From positions 24,645-88,644 of IMG/VR virus record IMGVR_UViG_3300032285_002723: DNA of 64,000 nt; one strand, given 5' to 3'. Shown piece by piece: positions 9,064-18,048 of the stretch. The position numbers and the translations under genes are program-made. The DNA comes from a virus. How positions within the stretch are numbered: the first letter of the stretch is position 1; each line of letters opens with the position of its first letter. A model generated the notes under the pieces. The model was not told the origin of the DNA. It did not search any database and was given only the letters and a program-made list of their open reading frames with translations.

Positions 9064-10345
9064 ATGACTGCTACTATTGCTTCACGCAATTCTACTAACC
9101 TCTGGAACGATTTCTGTTCCTGGGTTACTTCTACTAATAACCGTCTTTATGTCGGTTGGTTCGGCGTTCTGATGATCCCAACGTTGCTTGCCGCAACGAT
9201 TTGTTTCATCATCGCATTTGTCGGTGCTCCTCCTGTGGACATTGACGGCATTCGTGAACCTGTCTCTGGTTCATTAATGTACGGCAACAACATCATCTCT
9301 GGTGCTGTTGTGCCTTCTTCTAATGCTATTGGACTTCACTTCTATCCTATCTGGGAAGCAGCAAGTTTGGACGAATGGTTGTACAATGGTGGACCTTTCC
9401 AACTTGTTGTCTTTCACTTCCTGATTGGTATCTACTGCTATATGGGTCGTGAATGGGAACTCTCCTATCGTTTAGGTATGCGTCCTTGGATTATGGTTGC
9501 TTACAGCGCACCTGTTGCTGCTGCATCTGCTGTATTCCTGGTCTATCCTTTCGGTCAAGGTTCTTTCTCTGATGCTATGCCTTTGGGCATTTCTGGTACT
9601 TTTAACTATATGCTTGTCTTCCAGGCAGAACATAATATTCTGATGCACCCTTTTCATATGCTTGGAGTTGCTGGTGTCTTCGGTGGTTCATTGTTCTCTG
9701 CGATGCACGGAAGTTTAGTTACTTCTTCATTGGTTCGTGAAACTACTGAAACTGAATCACAGAATTATGGTTATAAGTTCGGACAAGAAGAAGAGACATA
9801 CAACATCGTTGCTGCTCACGGTTATTTCGGTCGCCTTATTTTCCAATATGCGTCATTTAATAACTCACGTTCACTGCACTTCTTTTTAGCAGCGTGGCCG
9901 GTAGTCGGTATTTGGTTTGCTGCTCTTGGTGTTTCTACCATGGCTTTTAATCTCAACGGACTGAATTTTAACCAGAGTATTCTGGATAATCAGAATCATG
10001 TTATCAAAACTTGGGCAGATATTTTAAATTCTGCTGGACTCGGATTTGAGGTAATGCACGAGCGTTTTGTATAAGCATGGCGCTCTTTAAATCGGATGAA
10101 TTGCTGGAACTCTCTCGTAGACAATCAGCAGCCAAGCCCCAGACGCTTCTGGGGAAGGTTCAGAGACTAGGTGGTTTCTCAAGCGTGAGATGTAATACAC
10201 CATTAGCGTCCGACACCAGAAATGGTGATGATATAGTCCTTGCCCCTGGCGACAGTGGGATTTCAAGAATGCACACAACTTTCCTTTGGATTTAGCATCA
10301 GTTGAAGCAACTCCTGTTGCCTTGACTGCTCCAACCATCGGTTGA
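9064..10345 (+). CDS. psbA: Photosystem II D1 protein; exons 9064-10065 and 10268-10345 give 359 aa after splicing
   Basis: Unambiguous D1 sequence; exon 1 ends ...EVMHER(334) and exon 2 resumes [25 protein letters not shown]. Confidence 0.97.
10066..10267 (+). mobile_element. Group I intron (202 nt, no ORF) in psbA
   Basis: 5' exon ends in U; IGS GGCGCTC (10079-85) pairs with exon GAGCGU through a U.G wobble; P AATTGCTGGAA, Q AATCAGCAGCC, R TTCAGAGACTAG, S GATATAGTCC; P3 TCGGATG/CGTCCGA; terminal G at 10267; removal restores the frame. Confidence 0.95.
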
Positions 10346-10354
10346 TATAATAAA

Positions 10355-10381
10355 GGAGAAACTCTTCGGAGTTTCTTTTTT
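10355..10381 (+). terminator. psbA terminator
   Basis: AGAAACTC-TTCG-GAGTTTCT followed by a T tract (cUUCGg tetraloop). Confidence 0.85.
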
Positions 10382-10389
10382 TATAAATA
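10382..10389 (+). promoter_or_regulatory. T4-type late promoter of the homing endonuclease
   Basis: TATAAATA exact. Confidence 0.75.
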
Positions 10390-10412
10390 ATTATGCACGA
10401 AAGAAAACACGA

Positions 10413-10841
10413 ATGACTAAACTCTACTCCGAACTGTATAGAACTTGTATGACTTGTAGTAAGGAAAAACTTGCTACGGATTTCTATGTGAGAAATAAAG
10501 TTACTATGGTTCGGCACTCCATATGTAAAGAATGTGATAAGCAAAGAGTGAGAAATAGGCACGAAGAAAATCCAGAACGCACAAAAAATAATGACTTAAA
10601 AAGACTTTATGGAATTACTCTTGACGAACATACTCAAATGTTTGATGACCAAAAAGGTGTTTGTGCAATTTGTAAAGGTGAAGGTGATGGTAAATGGAAG
10701 AAACTTTGTGTAGACCACGACCATAAGACAGGAAAAGTTCGTCAGTTGCTTTGTAGAAATTGTAATATGGTATTGGGTCAGGTAGGGGACAACACAAATC
10801 TTCTGGAAGAAATGATTAAATACCTACAAAAGCATCAATAA
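10413..10841 (+). CDS. Endonuclease VII-family free-standing homing endonuclease (F-CphI-like)
   Basis: CxxC zinc sites; YGIT....Q.G.CAIC...LCVDHDHKTGKVRQLLCRNCN EndoVII motif; lies directly after an intron-containing psbA as in cyanophage S-PM2. Confidence 0.85.
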   Translation: MTKLYSELYRTCMTCSKEKLATDFYVRNKVTMVRHSICKECDKQRVRNRHEENPERTKNNDLKRLYGITLDEHTQMFDDQKGVCAICKGEGDGKWKKLCVDHDHKTGKVRQLLCRNCNMVLGQVGDNTNLLEEMIKYLQKHQ

Positions 10842-10920
10842 AAAATGCTCCTCATCCTCCTGCTCTTCCAGTTATTCGGAGTGTTCCTCTTTCTAATGTC
10901 CTTACTATGATATCCTCAAA

Positions 10921-11112
10921 ATGAATCACAGAAAACATAAACAATCAGAGAATATCAAAAAGAAACTACTTTCACCAAGTAGAAGTATTCCAGACCCACT
11001 AGAAGTAGATGCAGTATGCCCTTATTGTGGAAAGTATGATAAGTCTTGTTCTTATGTAAATAGTGTAAGTCGTGCTTATGCAAGAGGTGCCTGTGCTAAA
11101 AAGAATGCTTGA
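10921..11112 (+). CDS. Small Cys-rich hypothetical protein
   Basis: CPYC..C..C pattern. Confidence 0.45.
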   Translation: MNHRKHKQSENIKKKLLSPSRSIPDPLEVDAVCPYCGKYDKSCSYVNSVSRAYARGACAKKNA

Positions 11113-11201
11113 TATTTTTGAGAGAGACCAGGACATTACAGTTTATGAGGAATTTCATTACATATACATAACATTAAGAGAAACGATAAGTATTTTAAGA
11201 A

Positions 11202-11903
11202 ATGGGAATCAGTTATAATCCTCGTATAGTTACTGATGGTCTTGTATTAGCACTGGATGCTGGGAATGTAAAAAGTTATCCTGGAAGTGGAACTACTTGG
11301 ACTGATTTGAGTGGTAGAGGTAATATAGGAACACTGACGAATGGACCTACTTATAATAGTGCGAATGGTGGGTCTATTGTTTTTGATGGTGTGGATGATT
11401 ATGTTTCTTTTGGTAGTTTAGGATCTCAATTTTCTAATTTTACTGTTGAAATTTGGTTTAAATCTGATTCGGTTGAAAATTATAGAAATCCAATTGATTG
11501 TAATTGGTTAGTAGAAAATGGATCCTATAGTAATCTTGGACCAAGACTGGAACAAACTTCTGCAGGAAATTTAAGTTGGATTGTAGGATCTGGTAGTGAT
11601 GTATATTCTTTTGTAACACTTGTGCCTTCTGGATTAAGTTCAATTCCATATCATCATGCTGTTATTACTAAGACAAGTTCTACAAATTTTAATGGATATT
11701 ACAATGGAAATTATACATCAAGTTTATCCTTTAGTGGGTGGGCAGGATCTATGTTAAATGTAAATATTGGTAAAGGATTTAGTCCTAGTGGTGAAAGGTG
11801 GTTTATTGGTAAAATACCTTCAGTAAAAATATACAACAGAGCACTCACAGCAGCAGAAATCTCACAAAACTTTAATGCTCTCCGTTCAAGGTTCTCAATA
11901 TAA
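11202..11903 (+). CDS. LamG-like lectin domain protein
   Basis: GLVLALDAGN.KSYPGSGTTWTDLSG ... IYNRALT.AEISQNFNALR. Confidence 0.75.
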   Translation: MGISYNPRIVTDGLVLALDAGNVKSYPGSGTTWTDLSGRGNIGTLTNGPTYNSANGGSIVFDGVDDYVSFGSLGSQFSNFTVEIWFKSDSVENYRNPIDCNWLVENGSYSNLGPRLEQTSAGNLSWIVGSGSDVYSFVTLVPSGLSSIPYHHAVITKTSSTNFNGYYNGNYTSSLSFSGWAGSMLNVNIGKGFSPSGERWFIGKIPSVKIYNRALTAAEISQNFNALRSRFSI

Positions 11904-11920
11904 ATACCTAAAAAACGATT

Positions 11921-12172
11921 ATGTACTCTGATAGAAACTTCCTTATTTTTCCAGTTGCTGAACTACCAAAAGTAGATTTCTCTCAAGTGTGTGAGACTTC
12001 TACTGAAACTGTGCGTAAGAGTGTGGATGAAACCAAGGCATTTGTGAAATGGGATGGTGAAGCACCTGCATTTGTTGCCGAGATTGAAGATGCAGAAGGA
12101 CCTTATACTTATGAGGAGATTTTGGTGATTTTAGCAACCGAAGAATGGTCTAAACCTATGGAGGAAATGTAA
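11921..12172 (+). CDS. Small acidic hypothetical protein embedded in the LamG cluster
   Basis: ORF after TATAAATA (11899-11906). Confidence 0.65.
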   Translation: MYSDRNFLIFPVAELPKVDFSQVCETSTETVRKSVDETKAFVKWDGEAPAFVAEIEDAEGPYTYEEILVILATEEWSKPMEEM

Positions 12173-12173
12173 G

Positions 12174-12878
12174 GTGGGATTATCTCATAGTCCTTCACTG
12201 GTTCTTTCAGGATTAACTTTATGTCTTGATGCTGGGAATACCAAAAGTTATCCTGGAAGTGGAACCACTTGGACTGATATAAGTGGTAAAGGTAAAAACT
12301 TTACTTGGGTCAGTGCTCCTACATTTACATCTAATGGACCATTATCATATTTTTCAACATTAGGAAATAGATGTACTGGTCCTGCATCAAATTCTTTTGG
12401 TATTGATAACACAAGTGGATATACAATATTTTTAATATGCAAACAAAATGCATTAGTTACTACGGCAGCATTTAAGTTTTATACTTCTGGTCTTTATGGT
12501 AGAGGAATTTTTGTACACTGCACTTGGTCTGATGATGTTGTTTATTTTGACCAGGGTGGTTGTTGTGGAGCAGATACTAGAACATCTGTTGCAAGTGGAG
12601 GTTCTCAGACTTGGAATATTTGGACATTTAGAAGATTTACTAATAGTTCAACAAGAAGCATTAGTAAAAATGGAACTACATTAATTACAAATACTGCTAC
12701 AGCAGCAGATATTAATTTAACTTCTACTGGAGTAGATTTGGGTAGTACTGATGAATATGGTGGTAATAGTTCTACTTGGGATGCACAGTTAAATTCCTTT
12801 ATTGTATATAATCGTGGATTATCTGATGTTGAAGTCTCACAAAACTTTAATGCCCTTCGTGGGAGGTATGGAATCTAA
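12174..12878 (+). CDS. LamG-like lectin domain protein (GTG start)
   Basis: Same terminal motifs as 11202..11903. Confidence 0.75.
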   Translation: MGLSHSPSLVLSGLTLCLDAGNTKSYPGSGTTWTDISGKGKNFTWVSAPTFTSNGPLSYFSTLGNRCTGPASNSFGIDNTSGYTIFLICKQNALVTTAAFKFYTSGLYGRGIFVHCTWSDDVVYFDQGGCCGADTRTSVASGGSQTWNIWTFRRFTNSSTRSISKNGTTLITNTATAADINLTSTGVDLGSTDEYGGNSSTWDAQLNSFIVYNRGLSDVEVSQNFNALRGRYGI

Positions 12879-13600
12879 TGGCAGTTTATGGTGGTCCAAA
12901 TTCAGTAGTATCTGGATTAGTTTTAGAACTTGATGCTGGAAATTTAAAGAGTTATCCTGGAAGTGGAACTACCTGGACTGATTTAAGTGGTAAAGGTAAT
13001 ACAGGAACTCTTACGAATGGACCTACTTATAGTAGTGCGAATGGTGGGTCTATTGTTTTTGATGGTACGAATGATTATATTGATTTATCCAACAGATCAC
13101 TTCCATTAATAAATGTCTCTCAATTCACATACTCAACGTTTATAAAAATAACAAGTTCTGCAACATTAGGAACGTTGTTTAGTTTTGGTGACAGTGTTAA
13201 TTATGCTAATGATGTAATGTTTTTTTATTATTCAGGTAATTCAACTTTAAACTTTCAAGTTAATAATGGTGGTGATGGTGCAGGATATTTTGCATATAGT
13301 ATAGGTTCTTGGAGTAATATATCTGTAGTTTATGATGGAACTCAATCAACAAATGCCACAAGACTTAAAGTTTATCTTAATGGAATTCAGCAAACTTTAA
13401 GTTTTGACTATACAGTTCCAGCAACAACATCATCTGCAAACTTTACTGGTGCTGCTATTGGCATATATTCTACTAGTGGTTTTACTAGTGATACGATTAT
13501 AGGTGGAAATGTTGGTACTGCATCACTATACAACAGAGCACTCTCCACAGCAGAAGTCTCACAAAACTTTAATGCTTTGAGAGGAAGGTTTGGCATCTAA
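12878..13600 (+). CDS. LamG-like lectin domain protein
   Basis: Same terminal motifs; WSNISVVYDG..LKVYLNG LamG core. Confidence 0.78.
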   Translation: MAVYGGPNSVVSGLVLELDAGNLKSYPGSGTTWTDLSGKGNTGTLTNGPTYSSANGGSIVFDGTNDYIDLSNRSLPLINVSQFTYSTFIKITSSATLGTLFSFGDSVNYANDVMFFYYSGNSTLNFQVNNGGDGAGYFAYSIGSWSNISVVYDGTQSTNATRLKVYLNGIQQTLSFDYTVPATTSSANFTGAAIGIYSTSGFTSDTIIGGNVGTASLYNRALSTAEVSQNFNALRGRFGI

Positions 13601-13623
13601 ATAATCATAAGTCGCAGGTACTT

Positions 13624-13995
13624 ATGGTTCCTCTACACTCGTTTAAGGACTATCTGTTTAATCTTGAAACGACGAGTAAATCAGAAGCAAAACGAATGTG
13701 GAGGAAGAATATAAAAGAACAATGGGAACACAAGTGTGCCTATTGTGAATCAGAAGAAAACATCACACTAGACCACATTACTCCCCAGTGTAAAGGTGGT
13801 TTAGACATTAAGACGAATGTAGTTGCTTGCTGCCATTCTTGTAATCAATCCAAGGGACATGATCATTGGAAGTTATGGTATGTTCAGCAAGACTTTTACA
13901 GTGAAGATAAACTTAATAAAATAGAGGAATGGATGAAACCAGAAGCACCAGCAGATCTTTATTCTTATCGCCCAAGAAAAAATATTGCATATTAA
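13624..13995 (+). CDS. HNH endonuclease
   Basis: CAYC..TLDHITP..GG...NVVACCHSCNQSK. Confidence 0.88.
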   Translation: MVPLHSFKDYLFNLETTSKSEAKRMWRKNIKEQWEHKCAYCESEENITLDHITPQCKGGLDIKTNVVACCHSCNQSKGHDHWKLWYVQQDFYSEDKLNKIEEWMKPEAPADLYSYRPRKNIAY

Positions 13996-14029
13996 AATAA
14001 AATAAATAACCAAGCGTAAATGAATTGAA

Positions 14030-14383
14030 ATGACAGCACAAGAAATATTAGGATCACACTACATACTGGACTTATGTTCTTGTGATAATTATCTTTTGAA
14101 TGATGTAGATCATATTATGGTGTCATTACGAGAAGCAATTGTTCAATCCAATGCAACTCTATTGGAAGAACTTAAGTATGAATTTACTCCTCAAGGAGTT
14201 ACTGCAATATGTTTGTTGTCAGAAAGTCATATAAGCATTCATACTTGGCCAGAGAAAGAATATGCAGCAGTAGATATTTTTACTTGTGGTGATCATACCA
14301 ATCCAGATAAAGCTTGTGATTTTATGATAGATGCATTAAAATCAAAGAAACCTACTATGACTATAATTAAAAGAGGAATATAA
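14030..14383 (+). CDS. speD: S-adenosylmethionine decarboxylase proenzyme
   Basis: GVTAICLLSESHISIHTWPE..AAVDIFTCG. Confidence 0.92.
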   Translation: MTAQEILGSHYILDLCSCDNYLLNDVDHIMVSLREAIVQSNATLLEELKYEFTPQGVTAICLLSESHISIHTWPEKEYAAVDIFTCGDHTNPDKACDFMIDALKSKKPTMTIIKRGI

Positions 14384-14427
14384 TTTCTTTTAATTGTGTG
14401 AGTAGTTTTAACTATTATTAAAAAATT

Positions 14428-14676
14428 ATGAATTTTACTGTTTATTCAAAACAAGGTTGTCCATATTGTGATAAAGTAGTTTCAATACTTAATCATATTT
14501 CAGGAACTAAAGGTTGTCCAATTAAAGTTTATTCTCTTGGATCTGATTTTACTAGAGAACAATTTTATAATGAATTTGGAGAAGGGTCTACTTTCCCTCA
14601 AGTCATAATGAATGAAATTAAGTTGGGAGGTTGTAGTGACACAGTTAAATATCTCACCGAAAACAAAATCATTTGA
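14428..14676 (+). CDS. nrdC: Glutaredoxin
   Basis: CPYC active site; TFPQV and GG motifs. Confidence 0.88.
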   Translation: MNFTVYSKQGCPYCDKVVSILNHISGTKGCPIKVYSLGSDFTREQFYNEFGEGSTFPQVIMNEIKLGGCSDTVKYLTENKII

Positions 14677-14847
14677 TATACCAATAAATAGAGGTGTAGA
14701 GTTAATATTGGGGGAGAAATCAAAACCCAAAAAGCCAAATCCTTTTTTATTAAAATTTGGTAAAATGTTCTCTCTATTTCAAAAAGAGATTCATTTTGAA
14801 TTTGAGTTTTCAGTTTATATAAAAAAAAGATCTCTCGGAGAATAAAT

Positions 14848-15087
14848 ATGGAACCCGCAATATTAGCTATCTTTTGTTTAGTAACTCTTTTATTTTTTGT
14901 TATTGGTGGAGTTATAGGTTGGTTCTTAAACGATATCATTCATGCTTTTTTAAACAAAGGAAAACATATAATCATGCATCCAGAAATGCTTGATGAGAAT
15001 GGTAATATTTTACCAGATGAAATACTTGCAATTAGATTTGAAAACGATTATGACGACAGCAACAACGACGAAGAAGACGACGACTAA
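14848..15087 (+). CDS. Single-TM hypothetical protein
   Basis: TM helix, HPEMLDENG motif, acidic tail. Confidence 0.6.
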   Translation: MEPAILAIFCLVTLLFFVIGGVIGWFLNDIIHAFLNKGKHIIMHPEMLDENGNILPDEILAIRFENDYDDSNNDEEDDD

Positions 15088-15640
15088 TTCTTCTGTAAAT
15101 ATAGAACTTCCTGCTAATCCTTTTGTATTTGAAATTTTTGATCTTGTAAATAAACAAAGATCAAATTCAAAGAAAGTAGAAATTCTTCAAAAATATGAAC
15201 ATCCATCATTGAAGGCATTGTTCATATGGAATTTTGATGAAACAGTAATTACTGTTCTTCCTCCTGGAGAAGTTCCATATTCTAATTTAAAATCAGAGCA
15301 AAAATTTAGTGGAACTTTAACTAATAAAGTTGACAATCTCATTGACACTATGAGTAATAATGAAACGACTTCTCTTGGAAATGCATCAGATTTAACTCAA
15401 GGTCACACTACCATTCGTAAAGAATATGTGAGATTTTATAATTTTATCAAAGGTGGAAATGATTCTCTAGCATCTCTTCGTAGAGAAACAATGTTTATTC
15501 AAATGTTGGAAGGTTTGCATCCACTTGAAGCACAAATTGTTTGCCTTGTGAAGAATAAAGAACTTCAGAAAAAATATAAAATCACAAAAGAGATTGTTTC
15601 TGAAGCATATCCAGATATTACTTGGGGAAACCGTAGTTGA
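15050..15640 (+). CDS. Conserved T4-like cyanophage hypothetical protein
   Basis: LKALFIWNFD..LPPGEVPY; RRETMFIQMLEGLHP.EA. Confidence 0.7.
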   Translation: MTTATTTKKTTTNSSVNIELPANPFVFEIFDLVNKQRSNSKKVEILQKYEHPSLKALFIWNFDETVITVLPPGEVPYSNLKSEQKFSGTLTNKVDNLIDTMSNNETTSLGNASDLTQGHTTIRKEYVRFYNFIKGGNDSLASLRRETMFIQMLEGLHPLEAQIVCLVKNKELQKKYKITKEIVSEAYPDITWGNRS

Positions 15641-15649
15641 GGAATTTAA

Positions 15650-15913
15650 ATGTCATTAAAAATTATTCATGAAAAATGTGATAAGACATTATCAAATAAT
15701 AAAAGTCTTCCAATAAATTCATATTTGATTACTTATATTGTAGAAGATAAAACTTATTATGATATTGTGCAATCAAATGGTAGGGTATCTATATTTGATT
15801 CATATTATGATCAATATGGGAAAGGTTCTCTTCAATCAATTGAATGGACTGATGGAAGAGTAAATCCAAAATTTTATGGAGTAACTAAACCAGAGAGGAA
15901 AAGTAAAAAATGA
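15650..15913 (+). CDS. Hypothetical protein
   Basis: ORF with GAGG RBS. Confidence 0.6.
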   Translation: MSLKIIHEKCDKTLSNNKSLPINSYLITYIVEDKTYYDIVQSNGRVSIFDSYYDQYGKGSLQSIEWTDGRVNPKFYGVTKPERKSKK

Positions 15914-16080
15914 ATGATAAATTAGTTGCAAATATTGATCCAGAAGAATTTACAAAAATTAAAAAGAAATATAAAAAACTAAAGAAGTATATGAAATCTC
16001 CACTTTATCAAGTTAAAGTGATGGATGGAACTGAAAAAATTGTAACAAATTTACTCAAAGAAAATCAACAAGAATTATAA
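15910..16080 (+). CDS. 56-aa hypothetical protein (not in the ORF track)
   Basis: ATGA overlap with the previous stop; open frame to TAA at 16080. Confidence 0.5.
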   Translation: MNDKLVANIDPEEFTKIKKKYKKLKKYMKSPLYQVKVMDGTEKIVTNLLKENQQEL

Positions 16081-16089
16081 GATAATTTA

Positions 16090-16127
16090 AAGGAGACCTT
16101 GACATGTCTTCTTTTTTTGTGTAAAAT
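16090..16127 (+). promoter_or_regulatory. Terminator hairpin enclosing the -35 of a sigma70 promoter
   Basis: AAGGAGAC-cTTGACAt-GTCTTCTT plus T tract; TTGACA(16099)-17-TAAAAT(16122). Confidence 0.65.
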
Positions 16128-16147
16128 AATAGAAATATTTCATAATT

Positions 16148-16300
16148 ATGGATAGAGAAAAAGTTAAACTTATCATACGAAATATGGAACTTCTTGTTGA
16201 TTCATTAAAAGCAGAGATCTACTTTGATGAATCAATTACTGGCATTGATAAGAATGTTTATCTTGAACCTAATGATTACGATGAAATTTTTGAAGAATAA
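16148..16300 (+). CDS. 50-aa hypothetical protein (not in the ORF track)
   Basis: MDREKVKLIIRNMELLVDSLKAEIY..., downstream of the promoter. Confidence 0.6.
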   Translation: MDREKVKLIIRNMELLVDSLKAEIYFDESITGIDKNVYLEPNDYDEIFEE

Positions 16301-16318
16301 TAAAATTGAGGACATTTA

Positions 16319-17008
16319 ATGGAACCAACAGTTAGACTTATTTCTGCAACACCAGACGCAGAGAAGCATATTGCATATTGTGCTCGTGTAAGTAATCCAA
16401 AAAATCAAGAGAACTCAAATTTTGAAGGATTGCTTAAATATTGTATTAAAAACCAGCATTGGAGCATTTTTGAACATGCTTTCCTTACAGTTGAGATTAA
16501 CACCTCGTTGGCGATTGCTACGCAGATCTTGCGTCATAGGTCTTTCACCTTTCAACAATTTAGTCAAAGGTATGCTGATAGTACGGAACTTCAACTTGAA
16601 CTTCCTACGCCTGATCTTCGCCGCCAAGACACAAAGAATCGTCAAAATAGCACAGACGATCTTGACTATAACGTAAAAGTAAATCTTCAAGAAAGAATTC
16701 AAAAGCATTTTGAACGTTCTCTTTCTTTGTATAACGAAATGCTTGAGAAGGGTGTAGCAAAGGAATGTGCTAGGTTTGTTCTCCCACAGGCAACACAGAC
16801 CCGTTTGTATATGTCTGGTAGTCTTCGTAGTTGGATGCATTATATTGACCTTCGTAGTGCTCACGGCACCCAGAAGGAGCATATGGAGGTCGCAGAAGCA
16901 ATCCGTTGTATCTTTACCTGTCAGTTCCCTACCATCTCTTCTGCTCTTGGTTGGGGTAGGGAAAATTGTCCCGAATGTCAAGATGCCCCTTCTATTTGCA
17001 TAGAATAA
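16319..17008 (+). CDS. thyX: Flavin-dependent thymidylate synthase
   Basis: HWSIFEH; QILRHRSFTFQQFSQRY ThyX motif; ARFVLP. Confidence 0.93.
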   Translation: MEPTVRLISATPDAEKHIAYCARVSNPKNQENSNFEGLLKYCIKNQHWSIFEHAFLTVEINTSLAIATQILRHRSFTFQQFSQRYADSTELQLELPTPDLRRQDTKNRQNSTDDLDYNVKVNLQERIQKHFERSLSLYNEMLEKGVAKECARFVLPQATQTRLYMSGSLRSWMHYIDLRSAHGTQKEHMEVAEAIRCIFTCQFPTISSALGWGRENCPECQDAPSICIE

Positions 17009-17037
17009 ATATTTTTATATAAAATGGAGATTTAATT

Positions 17038-17280
17038 TTGGCAATTTATCCGATTATTCATAAAGAAACTGGTGAAACGAAAGTGATTGAAATGAGTGTT
17101 CACGATATCACCCAGTGGTATCAGGACAATCCCCAGTGGTCCAGAGATTGGTCACAAGGATCCGCAAGTCCAGGAGAGGTTGGTGAGTGGAAAGACAAAC
17201 TCATCAGTCGTAATCCTTCGTGGAATTCTGTACTTGAAAAAGCAGGAAAAATGCCTGGTTCATCTGTAAAAAAAATCTAA
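17038..17280 (+). CDS. Hypothetical protein (FmdB-like, upstream of phoH)
   Basis: TTG start with GGAG RBS after AATAAATA; usual position before phoH. Confidence 0.55.
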   Translation: MAIYPIIHKETGETKVIEMSVHDITQWYQDNPQWSRDWSQGSASPGEVGEWKDKLISRNPSWNSVLEKAGKMPGSSVKKI

Positions 17281-17289
17281 CAAAACATA

Positions 17290-18048
17290 ATGGCAAGACA
17301 ACGAAAGAGAAGTGGCGATCAACCAATTGGGGTTGATATGACTGCAAAACAATCAAAAAGAAAAAAACCAATCAATGCCGATTTACTAATAGATATTGAA
17401 CCCCTTACTGATAATCAAAAGAAACTTTTTGAATCTTATAGTGAAGGAAAACATTTAGTTGCTTATGGTGCTGCAGGAACAGGAAAAACTTTCATTAGTC
17501 TTTATAATGCCTTAAAGGATGTTTTGAATCCTATTACTCCCTATGAACAAATTTATATTGTTCGTTCTCTTGTAGCAACTCGTGAAATTGGATTTCTTCC
17601 TGGAGATCACGAAGATAAATCATCACTTTATCAAATTCCTTATAAGAATATGGTAAAGTATATGTTCCAGATGCCAAGTGATGCAGACTTTGAAATGCTT
17701 TATGCTGGATTAAAAGCACAAGAAACTGTTAAATTCTGGAGTACTTCATTTATTCGTGGAACAACTCTTGATAATTCAATTATTATTATTGACGAATTTC
17801 AAAATCTTAATTTTCACGAATTGGATTCTATTATTACTCGTGTTGGTGAAAACAGTAGAATTGTTTTTTGTGGAGATGCAAGTCAATCAGATTTACAAAA
17901 GGCAAATGAAAGAAATGGAATTGTTGATTTTATGAGTATTTTGCGTAAAATGCCATCTTTTGATATTGTTGAATTTGGTATTGATGATATTGTTCGTTCT
18001 GGACTTGTCAAAGAATACATTGTTGCCAAACTTGAACTCGGGTTGTAA
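17290..18048 (+). CDS. phoH: PhoH-like ATPase
   Basis: GAAGTGKT, REIGFLPG, RGTTL, DEFQN, GD..QSDL, VRSGLV. Confidence 0.93.
   Translation: MARQRKRSGDQPIGVDMTAKQSKRKKPINADLLIDIEPLTDNQKKLFESYSEGKHLVAYGAAGTGKTFISLYNALKDVLNPITPYEQIYIVRSLVATREIGFLPGDHEDKSSLYQIPYKNMVKYMFQMPSDADFEMLYAGLKAQETVKFWSTSFIRGTTLDNSIIIIDEFQNLNFHELDSIITRVGENSRIVFCGDASQSDLQKANERNGIVDFMSILRKMPSFDIVEFGIDDIVRSGLVKEYIVAKLELGL

Noticed and set aside
9001-10074. psbA as a truncated gene or pseudogene ending ERFV, with a GTG start at 9001
   Set aside because: The group I intron explains the stop, and ATG 9064 gives the canonical D1 numbering
10077-10338. ORFs within or antisense to the intron
   Set aside because: They overlap conserved intron RNA structure and exon 2, and show no protein motifs
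10322-10600. S-PM2-like antisense RNA linking psbA and the endonuclease; sigma70-like TTGACT-18-TATAAT at the psbA end
   Set aside because: No minus-strand late promoter was seen, and the plus-strand motif would run straight into the terminator; unsupported
14612-14845. 77-aa ORF as given
   Set aside because: The 3' part may be coding, but the listed start overlaps glutaredoxin by 65 nt and the true start cannot be resolved
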